Part shown: in pieces, positions 1 through 9,822 of the stretch
Numbering within the stretch: the stretch's first letter is position 1
Layout of the letters: each line of letters begins with the position of its first letter
Program-made: the position numbers and the translations under genes
NCBI GenBank assembly: GCA_963806185.1
Contig: CAWDXE010000006.1
Coordinates: forward strand, 64,001-128,000
Reading direction: 5' to 3'
Origin: an uncultured candidate division Zixibacteria bacterium
Lineage (GTDB): Bacteria; Zixibacteria; MSB-5A5; GN15; FEB-12
DNA length: 64,000 bases
Notes under the pieces: generated by a model
What the model was told of the DNA's origin: nothing
Database searches by the model: none
The model's input: the letters and a program-made list of their open reading frames with translations, nothing else

Positions 1-579
1 GCCGTCAATTCGATTGTTTCCGCCTCGGGCTGTTTCTACGCCGTGCGCAGGGAGTTCTTCGAGCCGATCCCCGACTATCTCATTGACGACACCGTGATAC
101 CCATGACCGTCGTCCAGCACGGCTCGCGCTGCATTCACGAAAAGCGGGCCGTGTCGTACGTGCCGATGATTCCGTCCGCCGACCGCGAGTTTCCCCGCCG
201 CGCTCGTATGGCGCTCGGCGGCATTAACGCGCTTATGTACAAGGCGCGATTGCTTAACCCCCTGGCCTACGGACTGTACGCTCTCCAGCTCTGGAGCCAC
301 AAACTCCTTCGCTGGCTGGTGCCGGTGTTCATGCTGGTCGCTTTCCTGGCCAACGCACAGCTCGCCGCTCTGTCGCCCGCCTGGGGACTTCTGTTCTTCG
401 CCCAGGGCTGCTTCTACCTCAGCGCTCTGTACGGGTATTCGCGACGCGAGAGTGACAACCAGCCAAAGATCGTCAAACTGATATACTTCTTTGTTTCCTC
501 AAATCTCGCCTTGCTGTATGCCTGGTGGCAGTTTTTCACCCATCGCAGGCAAACTACCTGGACGGAGTCGCGAGGATGA
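1..579 (+). CDS. Glycosyltransferase family 2, C-terminal part (5'-truncated by window)
   Basis: Frame is open from base 1 (AVNSIVSASGCFYAVRREFF..LIDD..EFPRRARM), with a GT2/PgaC-like GxxxAxRR, DD and RxR pattern followed by TM helices. Confidence 0.85.
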   Translation, partial: AVNSIVSASGCFYAVRREFFEPIPDYLIDDTVIPMTVVQHGSRCIHEKRAVSYVPMIPSADREFPRRARMALGGINALMYKARLLNPLAYGLYALQLWSHKLLRWLVPVFMLVAFLANAQLAALSPAWGLLFFAQGCFYLSALYGYSRRESDNQPKIVKLIYFFVSSNLALLYAWWQFFTHRRQTTWTESRG

Positions 580-1343
580 CCACACCCCTGGCCCAGCTTC
601 CCATCCTCGTCTACCACTACTTTGGCGTTGATCGCACGGTGCAGACCGGCATCAAGCCGGAGGACATTGCATATATCACGCCGGTTCAGCTTTTCCGCAC
701 GCATCTCGAATTCCTCGCCAACGAAGGGTATCAGCCCGTATCGTTCCAGCACGTTGCGGAATCGCTCACGTCGACCACCGGCCTTCCGTCCAAGCCAATG
801 GTGATAACCATCGACGACGGCCATCAGAGCGTTGCCCGCTTTGCCCTACCGTTGCTCGCCGAGTTCGGCTTTTCATCAGAACTGTTTGTCATACCCTCGC
901 GCGTGGGTCAGCCGGGGTACCTGGACTGGGATACGCTCGGCAAGCTGTCGCAATCGGGTATGGCGGTTCAGTCGCACGGCCTCACTCATCGCTATTTGAC
1001 AAAACTTACGCCGGAAGAAGTCCGCTACGAATTGAGCGAATCCAAACGGCTCATCGACCTGAACATCGGTAAACAAACACTCGCGCTTGCCGTGCCGATG
1101 GGACGGTACCCCGAAGGTCTCAATCGCGAACTCTCCGATGTCGGCTACAAAATCGGCTGTACGTCGACGTATGGCCTCAACCGGAATCTCACTTCGTTGC
1201 TGGCGCTCGAGCGCATCATGATCAAAGCCCCCAACGATACGGTCGAAGCTCTCGGCAGATTGCTGAACGACACCACCGCGCTCGCCTGGCAGATGCGCCT
1301 GCGCAATCTGGCCAAGCGCTGGCGCAACCGCCTGATCGGCTGA
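576..1343 (+). CDS. Polysaccharide deacetylase (NodB/CE4)
   Basis: PILVYH, ITIDDG and SHGLTH motifs; ATGA overlap with the upstream stop. Confidence 0.9.
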   Translation: MTTPLAQLPILVYHYFGVDRTVQTGIKPEDIAYITPVQLFRTHLEFLANEGYQPVSFQHVAESLTSTTGLPSKPMVITIDDGHQSVARFALPLLAEFGFSSELFVIPSRVGQPGYLDWDTLGKLSQSGMAVQSHGLTHRYLTKLTPEEVRYELSESKRLIDLNIGKQTLALAVPMGRYPEGLNRELSDVGYKIGCTSTYGLNRNLTSLLALERIMIKAPNDTVEALGRLLNDTTALAWQMRLRNLAKRWRNRLIG

Positions 1344-1459
1344 ACGCCGCTTCCTTTTTCATTGTGTAAGCTCGTGCGGCGTGCTACCTTATAAATACAA
1401 CCGGCAGGCATTTCGTTTGAGCACGGGCATCGAGCTGCCGGTCTTTCATTATCAGGGAG

Positions 1460-2752
1460 ATGGGAAATTTGGTTAACCGCCAGGCAGTTTTTCTGCGCAT
1501 CCTGCGCACGCGGCTGAAATACAGCCCCGCTGTCAATGAACTCTTCGGCATGGGACTGACCTTGGTCGGCATACTGTACCTGCCGTTCAATCGCACCAAA
1601 GCGGCCGGATCGCTCATGCGCGCCCATCGCAACAGCCGTAACATGCGCACTCAAAAATTCCTCGAATTCCTGCTCACCCGGTTCAATCTGTACAATCCCG
1701 ACATCCTCGACCGCCTGGTCGAGGAGCGCTACGTCGAATCACCGCTGGTCCCCAGTCGTTGCCTCAAGCTGAAGGAGAAGCTGGACGACGAAAAGGGGGT
1801 CATCATTATGAAATTCAACGACACCTTCACCGCCCTTCGCCGCGTCGTTGATATGGACAGTTTGCTGGCCGACTATACGCTCTGCCTGGAGCTTTCGTAC
1901 TACGGCTGCTGCAATCCGCAGATTTTGCAGTTCATGCGCTACAGGGACCATCATGTCGTGGTCGGAGCCGTACAGGAACTGGAGCGCGCCTATCTTCATC
2001 GGTTGACCGGTAATTTGGTTCGGGCGGATTACAACAGCTCCACCTGGGTCGATGAACGGCTGTTTACGCCCATGTCGCTGCCAAAGGAATACGATTGTAT
2101 CGTGGTCGCCATGTGGGACGATATCAAACGCCACTATCTGCTCTTCGAGGCTATAGCCGAACTCAATGATCCCACCTATCGCGCCTGTGTCGTCGGCTTC
2201 ACCCTGCACGAACCCCGCGAACGTATCGACGAGTTGATCGACTACTACGGCATTCGCCAAAATGTCATCATCTTCGAACGACAGAAACAGCCACAGGTGA
2301 ATATCCTCCTGAATAAATCAAAGGTAAATCTCCTGCTCTCGTTCAAGGAAGGCGGGAACAAGAGTATCATCGAAGGTTTCTTCGCCGACGTCCCCGGTAT
2401 CGTCCTCAGCGAACATATCGGTATTGATCTTGATTGGATCAACGATCAGACCGGCCGGCTGGTGGACAAACGGCGATTGGCCGAGTCGCTGCAATGGTTC
2501 AGGACCGACTACGCGCGCTTCCATCCGCGGAAGTGGGCGCTGGAGCATATCTCCTGCGCCGCCTCCACCGCCAAGCTCGAATCTACTCTTCGGGAAATCG
2601 CAAAACGTGAGGGCCGCCCCTGGACACGGCCGTTGGCGGTGAAGATTAACGTGCCGGAATGCGATTACTACGACCCGGCCGGGCAACTCGCGCCGCTCGA
2701 TCTCTCCCGGTATCGCCGACCAGCGATCACCGGCCACTCCCCGGTCGCTTGA
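1460..2752 (+). CDS. Glycosyltransferase, GT-B fold (GT4-like)
   Basis: 430 aa; VAMWDDIKRH..LFEA and LLSFKEGGNKSIIEGFFADVP (EX7E) motifs; EPS-locus context. Confidence 0.8.
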   Translation: MGNLVNRQAVFLRILRTRLKYSPAVNELFGMGLTLVGILYLPFNRTKAAGSLMRAHRNSRNMRTQKFLEFLLTRFNLYNPDILDRLVEERYVESPLVPSRCLKLKEKLDDEKGVIIMKFNDTFTALRRVVDMDSLLADYTLCLELSYYGCCNPQILQFMRYRDHHVVVGAVQELERAYLHRLTGNLVRADYNSSTWVDERLFTPMSLPKEYDCIVVAMWDDIKRHYLLFEAIAELNDPTYRACVVGFTLHEPRERIDELIDYYGIRQNVIIFERQKQPQVNILLNKSKVNLLLSFKEGGNKSIIEGFFADVPGIVLSEHIGIDLDWINDQTGRLVDKRRLAESLQWFRTDYARFHPRKWALEHISCAASTAKLESTLREIAKREGRPWTRPLAVKINVPECDYYDPAGQLAPLDLSRYRRPAITGHSPVA

Positions 2753-2918
2753 ACCCGTACCGGGCGATCTCTTGCTTGACGGCGACACGAATTTTGCGCA
2801 CATTCTCCCAGCCGGAACGCGCGCATCGTCCGGCGTTTCGGCCAATACGCAGGATTTGCCGGAAGACGCTCCCCTTTTCGTATGATTCCGGACTGCGCCA
2901 GGTTAAGGATCGTCTTTA

Positions 2919-4778
2919 ATGTCCCGAATTTGCGGACTTGTCCATAGTGTCCTGACTACCGATCAGCTCGAGACGGCCGCGGCTATGATGTTGGCGCCGC
3001 TGCGCCATTCCAATGATTTTTCGATCGAATCTTCCCTCGCTGCCCCGGCGTTCTTCGGACGATCCTATCTGCGTGCATTCAACTTCTCCACCTTTCTCGC
3101 GACCCGACCCGAAGATCAGCTAATGGTCGCCTTTTGCGGCTATCTGCGTGACATCGATCGGTTGCGCGATGAGGTGAAGCGCGATTCGTCGGGCATTGTC
3201 AGGCCGGAGAATCCTGCCGACGTGTTCGCTTACCTGCTGCCCCGTCGCGGCATGAAAATGCTGGCCGATATGTCGGGAAGTTTCACCTTCGCCATGTGGG
3301 ACGGAAAACGCAAACGGCTGTCGATCGGTACCGACCGCTACGGCATGCGTCCCTTGTATTATCGATTAGTCAACGGTGGCTTCGCCTTCGCCTCGGAAAT
3401 TAAGGCAATCACCGCCGTCGTCAACGACACCGACGTCGACATGATTGCCTGGCAGGAACTGTTTGGTTTCGGCCATCCACTTTCTGATCGCACCACCTAC
3501 GCCAGGATTAAGCGCCTCCCGGCCGCGACGGTGATCAGCTTCGACAACGGTCGCGTCAGCAGCGAGAAATACTGGTCGTACGGCGCCATCGTCATCGATC
3601 CAAAACTAACCGTGCCCGATTTTGCGGATGAAGCCCAGCGCTTGCTGCAGCATTCCATTGCCCGCCTCATGAATCAGATCGAAAAACCAATCTGCATGCT
3701 GAGCGCGGGGTTTGATTCCCGACGGGTGTTCCTCGAACTGATCAAACAAAACAAGGGTCTGACCGCTTACACCTGCGCCATCGTCCCTCCCGACGGCTCC
3801 TACATGTGCGATCTGGATATCGCCCGCGCGCTCTGCGCGGAATTCAAAATACCACACGTGGGCATCGATCAGGCGCCTTCCGATCAACAGGGTCAGATCG
3901 CCCGCCACTTGTATCGGCTGCTCGATTTCGATACCGATCAGCACCGCTGGATTATGCCCCTCATTCCCCGGATACCGGTTGCCTCCGGGGTCAACTTCGA
4001 CGGCATCGGCGGCGACATTCTCTTTCAGGATAACTGGGCCACTGAGGACGTGCTCGACGATTCCACGGATCGGAACAAACTCGCGGCAACTATTGAACGA
4101 CTGACACCTCATCATTGGTCGGCTCACTTCAGGGGCGAGGTCGGTTTTGGCTCCAATGTGCCCCGGATTCTGGAAATTCTGGAGAGCCTCCCCTTCGATG
4201 AACATCTGTTTTCCACCTTCTTTCTCATCAACTGGACGCGGCGCAAGACGGCGCTCTTCAGCCACGGCCTCATTTCGTTGAAAGTCGACTCCGTGCTGCC
4301 CTTCCTCGATTACGATCTGGTGGATTTCACCTTCCGCCTGTCTCCACGGCTGAAGCAGAGAGAATCCTCGGCCGAAGGAATGCTCCGTCGTACTCATCCT
4401 GATCTGATGGCGCGCATACCTTCCTCGCATTATCCGGGCATCTTTACCAATCCCGATAAGCACTGCCGACCGTTTTGCACTCCGGTGCCGTCCGGCTATT
4501 GGCCGAAGTCACGGCACGCCACGTATCGGACCGCCATGGCCGACCTCCTCGCCACGCCTGAGATCATGCCGCAGCTTTCCTCACGCGCCCGCCTGGCTCT
4601 CAATGCCATGAGATTCTCCCGCCTGGTAGGCGTGAGCATTCCCGCAATAGATAAACGCGCCTGGCCGCTCAGACTGCTCGGCCTTTATGCCATGCAGCGC
4701 CGCTCGTCCTTACATCCGTCATGGGGTGAAGAACAACTCAGGCTCGCACGCGCGTACGTCTACGATTCGTCGCACTGA
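2919..4778 (+). CDS. Asparagine synthetase-like amidotransferase (EPS-associated)
   Basis: GSFTFAMWD, TDRYGMRPLYY, FASEIKA, LSAGFDSR, GIGGD and PFLDYDLV motifs. Confidence 0.85.
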   Translation: MSRICGLVHSVLTTDQLETAAAMMLAPLRHSNDFSIESSLAAPAFFGRSYLRAFNFSTFLATRPEDQLMVAFCGYLRDIDRLRDEVKRDSSGIVRPENPADVFAYLLPRRGMKMLADMSGSFTFAMWDGKRKRLSIGTDRYGMRPLYYRLVNGGFAFASEIKAITAVVNDTDVDMIAWQELFGFGHPLSDRTTYARIKRLPAATVISFDNGRVSSEKYWSYGAIVIDPKLTVPDFADEAQRLLQHSIARLMNQIEKPICMLSAGFDSRRVFLELIKQNKGLTAYTCAIVPPDGSYMCDLDIARALCAEFKIPHVGIDQAPSDQQGQIARHLYRLLDFDTDQHRWIMPLIPRIPVASGVNFDGIGGDILFQDNWATEDVLDDSTDRNKLAATIERLTPHHWSAHFRGEVGFGSNVPRILEILESLPFDEHLFSTFFLINWTRRKTALFSHGLISLKVDSVLPFLDYDLVDFTFRLSPRLKQRESSAEGMLRRTHPDLMARIPSSHYPGIFTNPDKHCRPFCTPVPSGYWPKSRHATYRTAMADLLATPEIMPQLSSRARLALNAMRFSRLVGVSIPAIDKRAWPLRLLGLYAMQRRSSLHPSWGEEQLRLARAYVYDSSH

Positions 4779-4855
4779 ACCTTTCAATTTCGCTCAGCGT
4801 AGACAACGTCGAGGGCCGACGTACGCCGTTTGGTATGTCTTGGTAGGGAGAATCT

Positions 4856-5830
4856 TCAATAGCCGGAAGGATGGCGCAAACGGGCGATACGGCCCCAGTC
4901 GGCGCGTGCCAGTCGGCACTGTTTCATCCACGGACGGTCCCCGCGCAGGATATTTCGATTGAGCATCAAGGCGTCCTTGGTTCCCGGGGCAAGTGGCAGA
5001 TGATTCTTCCCGGGCTGCACACCGAGGCCGAGGCGGAAACCGATCTCCTGTGTGACTTGCAAAACCACGGGCGAGTAGTTGCCGTTGGGATACGAAATGA
5101 TCTCCGGCGTCTGTCCGGTCAAGTGCTGCAGCGCCACCTGATTCTGCTCGATTTGGTGGCGAATGTCACCAGGACCGTAAATCGTGAGGATGGCGTGATC
5201 GAGCGTGTGATTGCCGATATGCACGAGCGGATGGCCGGCGAACTCTCGTAGTTCGGCCGGCGTAAACGGGCGATCCAGTTCCCCCTGTGGTCGCAGCGCC
5301 CCTACACCAAATTCGGCCACCAGTGCCCGCTCGATTTCATCGTGGCGACGCACTTTCATTTGATTCTGTTCCAGCCGTATGGCCGACACTGAGGCTCCCG
5401 CTTTGCGCCGTTCGCGGTAAAGCACGTCCCACCAGAAACAACGATTGTTCACAATGTGATTCGACGAAATGAAGAACACCGCCGGAATGGTGTACTCGCG
5501 CAAAATCCCCAGTACTCGCACATTGTCATGATAGCTGTCGTCAAAGGTCAGGAGGACATACCGGCCGTCGTCAGGCAGGCCGCGAAGCACCTGGTCCGGC
5601 GAGACGAATTGATAGCCGGCCTGTAAGTAGTATTCGAGAAACTCCCGGAAGCGGGTCATCAGCACCCCTTCGAGAGGATCGACTGTCGGGTCCTGCATTT
5701 CTGCTTCGTCCACAAACAGCTTGTGGAAGAGAAATGACAATAACCCCGGACCGTCGCCGAAAAACCTCAGATGCTCCAGAGCAAGTGATTGACTGATCGA
5801 TTTGATTACAGAGGTAATTACAGACGTCAC
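4856..5830 (-). CDS. Polysaccharide deacetylase
   Basis: LLTFDD, IGNHTLDH and ISYPNG motifs; start codon uncertain (GTG near 5830 follows a GAGGGAG element). Confidence 0.85.
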   Translation of the reverse strand: MTSVITSVIKSISQSLALEHLRFFGDGPGLLSFLFHKLFVDEAEMQDPTVDPLEGVLMTRFREFLEYYLQAGYQFVSPDQVLRGLPDDGRYVLLTFDDSYHDNVRVLGILREYTIPAVFFISSNHIVNNRCFWWDVLYRERRKAGASVSAIRLEQNQMKVRRHDEIERALVAEFGVGALRPQGELDRPFTPAELREFAGHPLVHIGNHTLDHAILTIYGPGDIRHQIEQNQVALQHLTGQTPEIISYPNGNYSPVVLQVTQEIGFRLGLGVQPGKNHLPLAPGTKDALMLNRNILRGDRPWMKQCRLARADWGRIARLRHPSGY

Positions 5831-5919
5831 GACCGCCGGCTCTCCCTCAAAAAAAGGAAGTGGCAAACTCTCCAGCCCACCGCCGGAAAGGTAGCCGATT
5901 TACTCGAAAACACAACCGC

Positions 5920-7056
5920 TTATTTGCCTTCAGACCCGTTCAGACGATGCCCGGTTACGGCCAACTTCTCGAAGAGAATTGTCGCGATACGCCCTGCTGT
6001 GTGACCATCCCACAAGTCGGGTATCCGCCCCTTCTTTGCTCTGCCCTGAAGGATTTCTTCCACCGCCGGCAGAACCTTGGCCGGATCGGGACCCGTCAGC
6101 ACATTGCTCCCGACATCCACCGTAACCGGCCGCTCCGTCGACTCACGCATGGTTACGCACGGCACCTGGAGATAGGTCGTCTCTTCCTGCACGCCGCCCG
6201 AATCGGTCAGAACGAAGCGGCAGGTCGATTGCAGGCGCAGAAATTCCAGATACCCCAGCGGCTCGACTACCTTCAGCGTGTGCGCGTCAACCGTGTCCCA
6301 GAGGCCAAGACGGGTCAGTTCCTTCTGCGTGCGCGGATGGCACGGGAAGACAAACGGAATCCGCTGGGCCAACTGCTTCACCATCTGCCAGATTTCCCTG
6401 AGCCGTTCGGGATTATCGACATTCGACGGACGGTGCAGCGTCATCACTGCAAAGCCCTGTTCGGTTAGTCCGAGGTCTTTCAGAATCGTCGTCTGCCGAC
6501 ATGCGGCCAGACTCGAAGTAAGGGAGTCAATCATGATATTGCCGGTAAAGAAGATTCGCTCCGACGGAACCCCTTCCAGCTGGAGATGCTTGAGCCCCGA
6601 GGGCTCCGTGACAAACAGGTAGTCCGACAATCTGTCGGTTACAATACGATTAATTTCCTCCGGCATCGCCGCGTCAAATGAGCGCAGCCCCGCTTCCACA
6701 TGAGCGATTGGTATTTGCAGTTTGGCCGCGACAATCGACGCCGCCAGGGTGGAATTGACGTCACCGAAAACGATGATCAGGTCCGGGCGGTCGGCCATGA
6801 GCTGACCCTCCAGCGCTACCATAATCCTCGCGGTCTGCTCGGCGTGCGTTCCCGAACCGACGCCCAGATATACGTCCGGCTTGGCCATACCGAGCTGATC
6901 GAAAAACAACGTCGACAGCTTGGGATCATAATGCTGTCCCGTGTGCACGAGCAAAGGAGCAAACCGCTCGGGATATCTCTTTAATTCAGCCAACAGCGGG
7001 GCAGCTTTCATGAAATTCGGACGGGCGCCAACAACCAGCACAAGCTTCTTAATCAC
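5920..7056 (-). CDS. wecB: UDP-N-acetylglucosamine 2-epimerase (non-hydrolysing)
   Basis: VGARPNFMK, HTGQHYD, HVEAGLRS, MPEEINR, TDSGGVQEE and TERP motifs. Confidence 0.95.
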   Translation of the reverse strand: MIKKLVLVVGARPNFMKAAPLLAELKRYPERFAPLLVHTGQHYDPKLSTLFFDQLGMAKPDVYLGVGSGTHAEQTARIMVALEGQLMADRPDLIIVFGDVNSTLAASIVAAKLQIPIAHVEAGLRSFDAAMPEEINRIVTDRLSDYLFVTEPSGLKHLQLEGVPSERIFFTGNIMIDSLTSSLAACRQTTILKDLGLTEQGFAVMTLHRPSNVDNPERLREIWQMVKQLAQRIPFVFPCHPRTQKELTRLGLWDTVDAHTLKVVEPLGYLEFLRLQSTCRFVLTDSGGVQEETTYLQVPCVTMRESTERPVTVDVGSNVLTGPDPAKVLPAVEEILQGRAKKGRIPDLWDGHTAGRIATILFEKLAVTGHRLNGSEGK

Positions 7057-7410
7057 AATACGTTACTCCCATAATCCTGCGTAAACATCTTCGGTGAGGG
7101 GTCATCCCAAGCCGCCGCAAGGTCCGAAAAAATCAAGCCTTTTGCAACCGCTTTCCCGACTCATCACTCCCCCAGTATCGGCACCCCGGGGAACATTCGT
7201 GAACAGATCGATTCCTCCGCTATTTGCCCGCCGCCACACCCCCGGCAAACTCTGTATCCCGTTGCCCCCCAGCTAAGAACCGTCACCTTTCCGCCGATAT
7301 AATGTGTATAACCGGTTAAGGTACTTGAATACACTATTTGAGCACAGTATCTTGGGCACCGGACTGGCCCCCGGTCACCTGATTATAACCATAGCGGAGA
7401 TTCTGGACAC

Positions 7411-8934
7411 ATGTCTACTAGCGAAAGTCGAGGCGTAGAAATTGGCGATATCATTGGCGTTCTCAAAAAACGCAAGTGGCTGATCATCCTCCCCTGGATT
7501 CTGGTCGCGGCGGTCGTGGCCGCCGGCTCCTATATGCTGGCGCCCAAATATCAATCCTTCGCTATTGTCTCGATCGACCCCAAAGTCCGGTTCTCCTCCG
7601 ACCTCCAGCGCCTCCTCGGCATGGACGACAACTATCGCCAGCAGTCGACTGCCGCCGCGCGGGCCGACGAATTGCGGGGCGTCTACAACGAGATTACCTC
7701 CACCTATTACATGGGCAAGCTGGCGGAGAAACTCAAACTTCTCGACAATCCCGGCCTCATTTCGCGGGCCGAAAAACTCACTCTTAAATCTCCGGGCGTG
7801 CCGCTCGATCAGATCAAACTCTACCTCCTCCAGGATGACTTGCAGGAACGGGTTTCAGTCACCTTTGCCGCCGCCAGCCAGATTAAGATCAACGTTATCT
7901 CCACCAATCCGGCCAACGCCCGCGACGTCGCCAATGCGATGGCGGAAATATTTGTCGATGAGCGGGTGAAGCAGGAACTTTCCACCATCCGTTCGTCGCA
8001 GGATTTCTCCGACGTTCAGTTGCAGAAGTATGAATCCCAACTTGAAGATAAGGTCCGCGAAAAGACCGAATTCGAGCGCCGGTATCTGCAGACCAACCAG
8101 GAATCTCCGACTACGTCGGAAAAGAACCGGTTGGACATTCAGTCCGAAATCGACCACACCAACGATGACATTACCGAGGCCCAGCAGACCGAACGGACGA
8201 TCATCGCTCAGCTCCAGTCAACGCCCAGCGCCCCCATCGACCGCCTCACCCTGCGGGAATCCGAGGATTTGCGCCGCTACAAGTCCGAGCTGGATGGACT
8301 CCTGGGCTCGCTGGCGGACATGATGACCAAGTACACCTGGAGCGACCCGCAAATCCTGAACAACAAGGTGAAACAGGATGGTTTGATACGGAAGATCGCC
8401 GGCGAGAACAGCCGACTGGTCGATGCCCAGTATCCGACCGCCGATGAAAAGACCCGCACTACGCTCACCAGCCTGTTCAATACGCGTACGAATCTCGATT
8501 ACCTCTATTCCAAGAAGACACACTTGCTCGGAACAATCGAAGATCTCAAGAGTCACTTCAATCGGATCCCCGAATACCAGTCCACGCTCGATCGGTTGAA
8601 TCGCGAGATCGCTCAGTTGACGACGCTCCGCGACAAATTCAAAGCCCAGCAGGAAAGCTCCACCATCTCGCAAGCCCTCCTCCAGGATATCTCGACCCCC
8701 AAGTACAAGGTCGTCGAACCGGCCAAGCTGGCGATGGCTCCCTTCTCCCCGAATCGCATGAAGATTATCCTGATGGGTATCATGCTTGGACTTGTCGTCG
8801 GCGGAGCGGCCACAATGCTGGTGGAATTGCTGGATAAATCATTCAAGAAGGTCGAAGACGTCGAGCACTACCTCGACTTGACCGTACTGGGCGTGACGCC
8901 CGAGATTGAATATCTGAAACGCGTGAACCGATAG
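7411..8934 (+). CDS. Polysaccharide chain-length determinant / co-polymerase (Wzz/GumC family, no kinase domain)
   Basis: N-terminal TM after KKRKWLII, long coiled coil, VVEPA..P.SP motif, C-terminal TM. Confidence 0.88.
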   Translation: MSTSESRGVEIGDIIGVLKKRKWLIILPWILVAAVVAAGSYMLAPKYQSFAIVSIDPKVRFSSDLQRLLGMDDNYRQQSTAAARADELRGVYNEITSTYYMGKLAEKLKLLDNPGLISRAEKLTLKSPGVPLDQIKLYLLQDDLQERVSVTFAAASQIKINVISTNPANARDVANAMAEIFVDERVKQELSTIRSSQDFSDVQLQKYESQLEDKVREKTEFERRYLQTNQESPTTSEKNRLDIQSEIDHTNDDITEAQQTERTIIAQLQSTPSAPIDRLTLRESEDLRRYKSELDGLLGSLADMMTKYTWSDPQILNNKVKQDGLIRKIAGENSRLVDAQYPTADEKTRTTLTSLFNTRTNLDYLYSKKTHLLGTIEDLKSHFNRIPEYQSTLDRLNREIAQLTTLRDKFKAQQESSTISQALLQDISTPKYKVVEPAKLAMAPFSPNRMKIILMGIMLGLVVGGAATMLVELLDKSFKKVEDVEHYLDLTVLGVTPEIEYLKRVNR

Positions 8935-8984
8935 CGTCCAACCTCGGCCCGGTCTCTACCGCCGGCGTCGGGTGAGCAGAACGT

Positions 8985-9770
8985 CTATTTCCACCCTTTC
9001 GCTCGATTCCAGTAGAAGAGCGCCGTCCCTTCGGGGTTGGCGACTAATTCGCGAAGTTCGGCAAATGCAATGTCGCACTGGGCATTCGTAGCCAACCGGC
9101 GCGCCACCATCTCGGATCGCCCGGTCTCCGCCACCCCGATCAGATTCTCCACCCACAGCGTATAGTATTCGGTACCCGCCCAGTGCACCTCGGGGTGAAG
9201 ACTCAATTCTACCCGTTCAAATCCTGCGCGCTTGAGCAACGGAAAGAGTTTCTTCCCGATCAGAGCATCGCCGCCGAGTTGCGTCTGCAGCACGGCAAAC
9301 TGCTCCCAGACGAAATTGAAAGTCGGGCAATCAGGCCAGAAGGCATTGATCAGGATATTGTTTTCCTGCGTGCAGAATCGCCCGCCCGGCTTCAACACGC
9401 GGTGCGCTTCGCGGACTACCTCACCCGGCTCGCCGACGTGCTCAAGCAAATACCGGCAATACACCAGGTCAAAGGTCGCGTCGGCAAACGGCAGCTTGTG
9501 TCCGTCGCCGCGCACGAACCGGAGGTTTTCCGCAGTGGTATGCACCTTGGCCAATTGCTGCGGGGAATACTCCACACCCACCGCGTACCCGTTGGATGCT
9601 TTTCGAGCCACTGCCTCGGCGAGTATCCCCAGGCCGCTGCCTATTTCAAGCACCTGGTCGGACGGACGGACGTCGAGATACGAGATAAACGCATCATTCG
9701 TCATGGAATTCAGTTTGGCCAGGCGTTCTTGTTCGGTCGGATCTGTTCCGTGTATATATTGTGCTGCCAT
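8985..9770 (-). CDS. Class I SAM-dependent methyltransferase
   Basis: VLEIGSGLG, LPFADATFDLV and RVLKPGG motifs; YIHG..EQERL N-terminus. Confidence 0.9.
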   Translation of the reverse strand: MAAQYIHGTDPTEQERLAKLNSMTNDAFISYLDVRPSDQVLEIGSGLGILAEAVARKASNGYAVGVEYSPQQLAKVHTTAENLRFVRGDGHKLPFADATFDLVYCRYLLEHVGEPGEVVREAHRVLKPGGRFCTQENNILINAFWPDCPTFNFVWEQFAVLQTQLGGDALIGKKLFPLLKRAGFERVELSLHPEVHWAGTEYYTLWVENLIGVAETGRSEMVARRLATNAQCDIAFAELRELVANPEGTALFYWNRAKGWK

Positions 9771-9822
9771 ACGCTCTTTTCCCACGATATGATCGACTGT
9801 CGTCGTGTTTGGTTTGTGCCGG

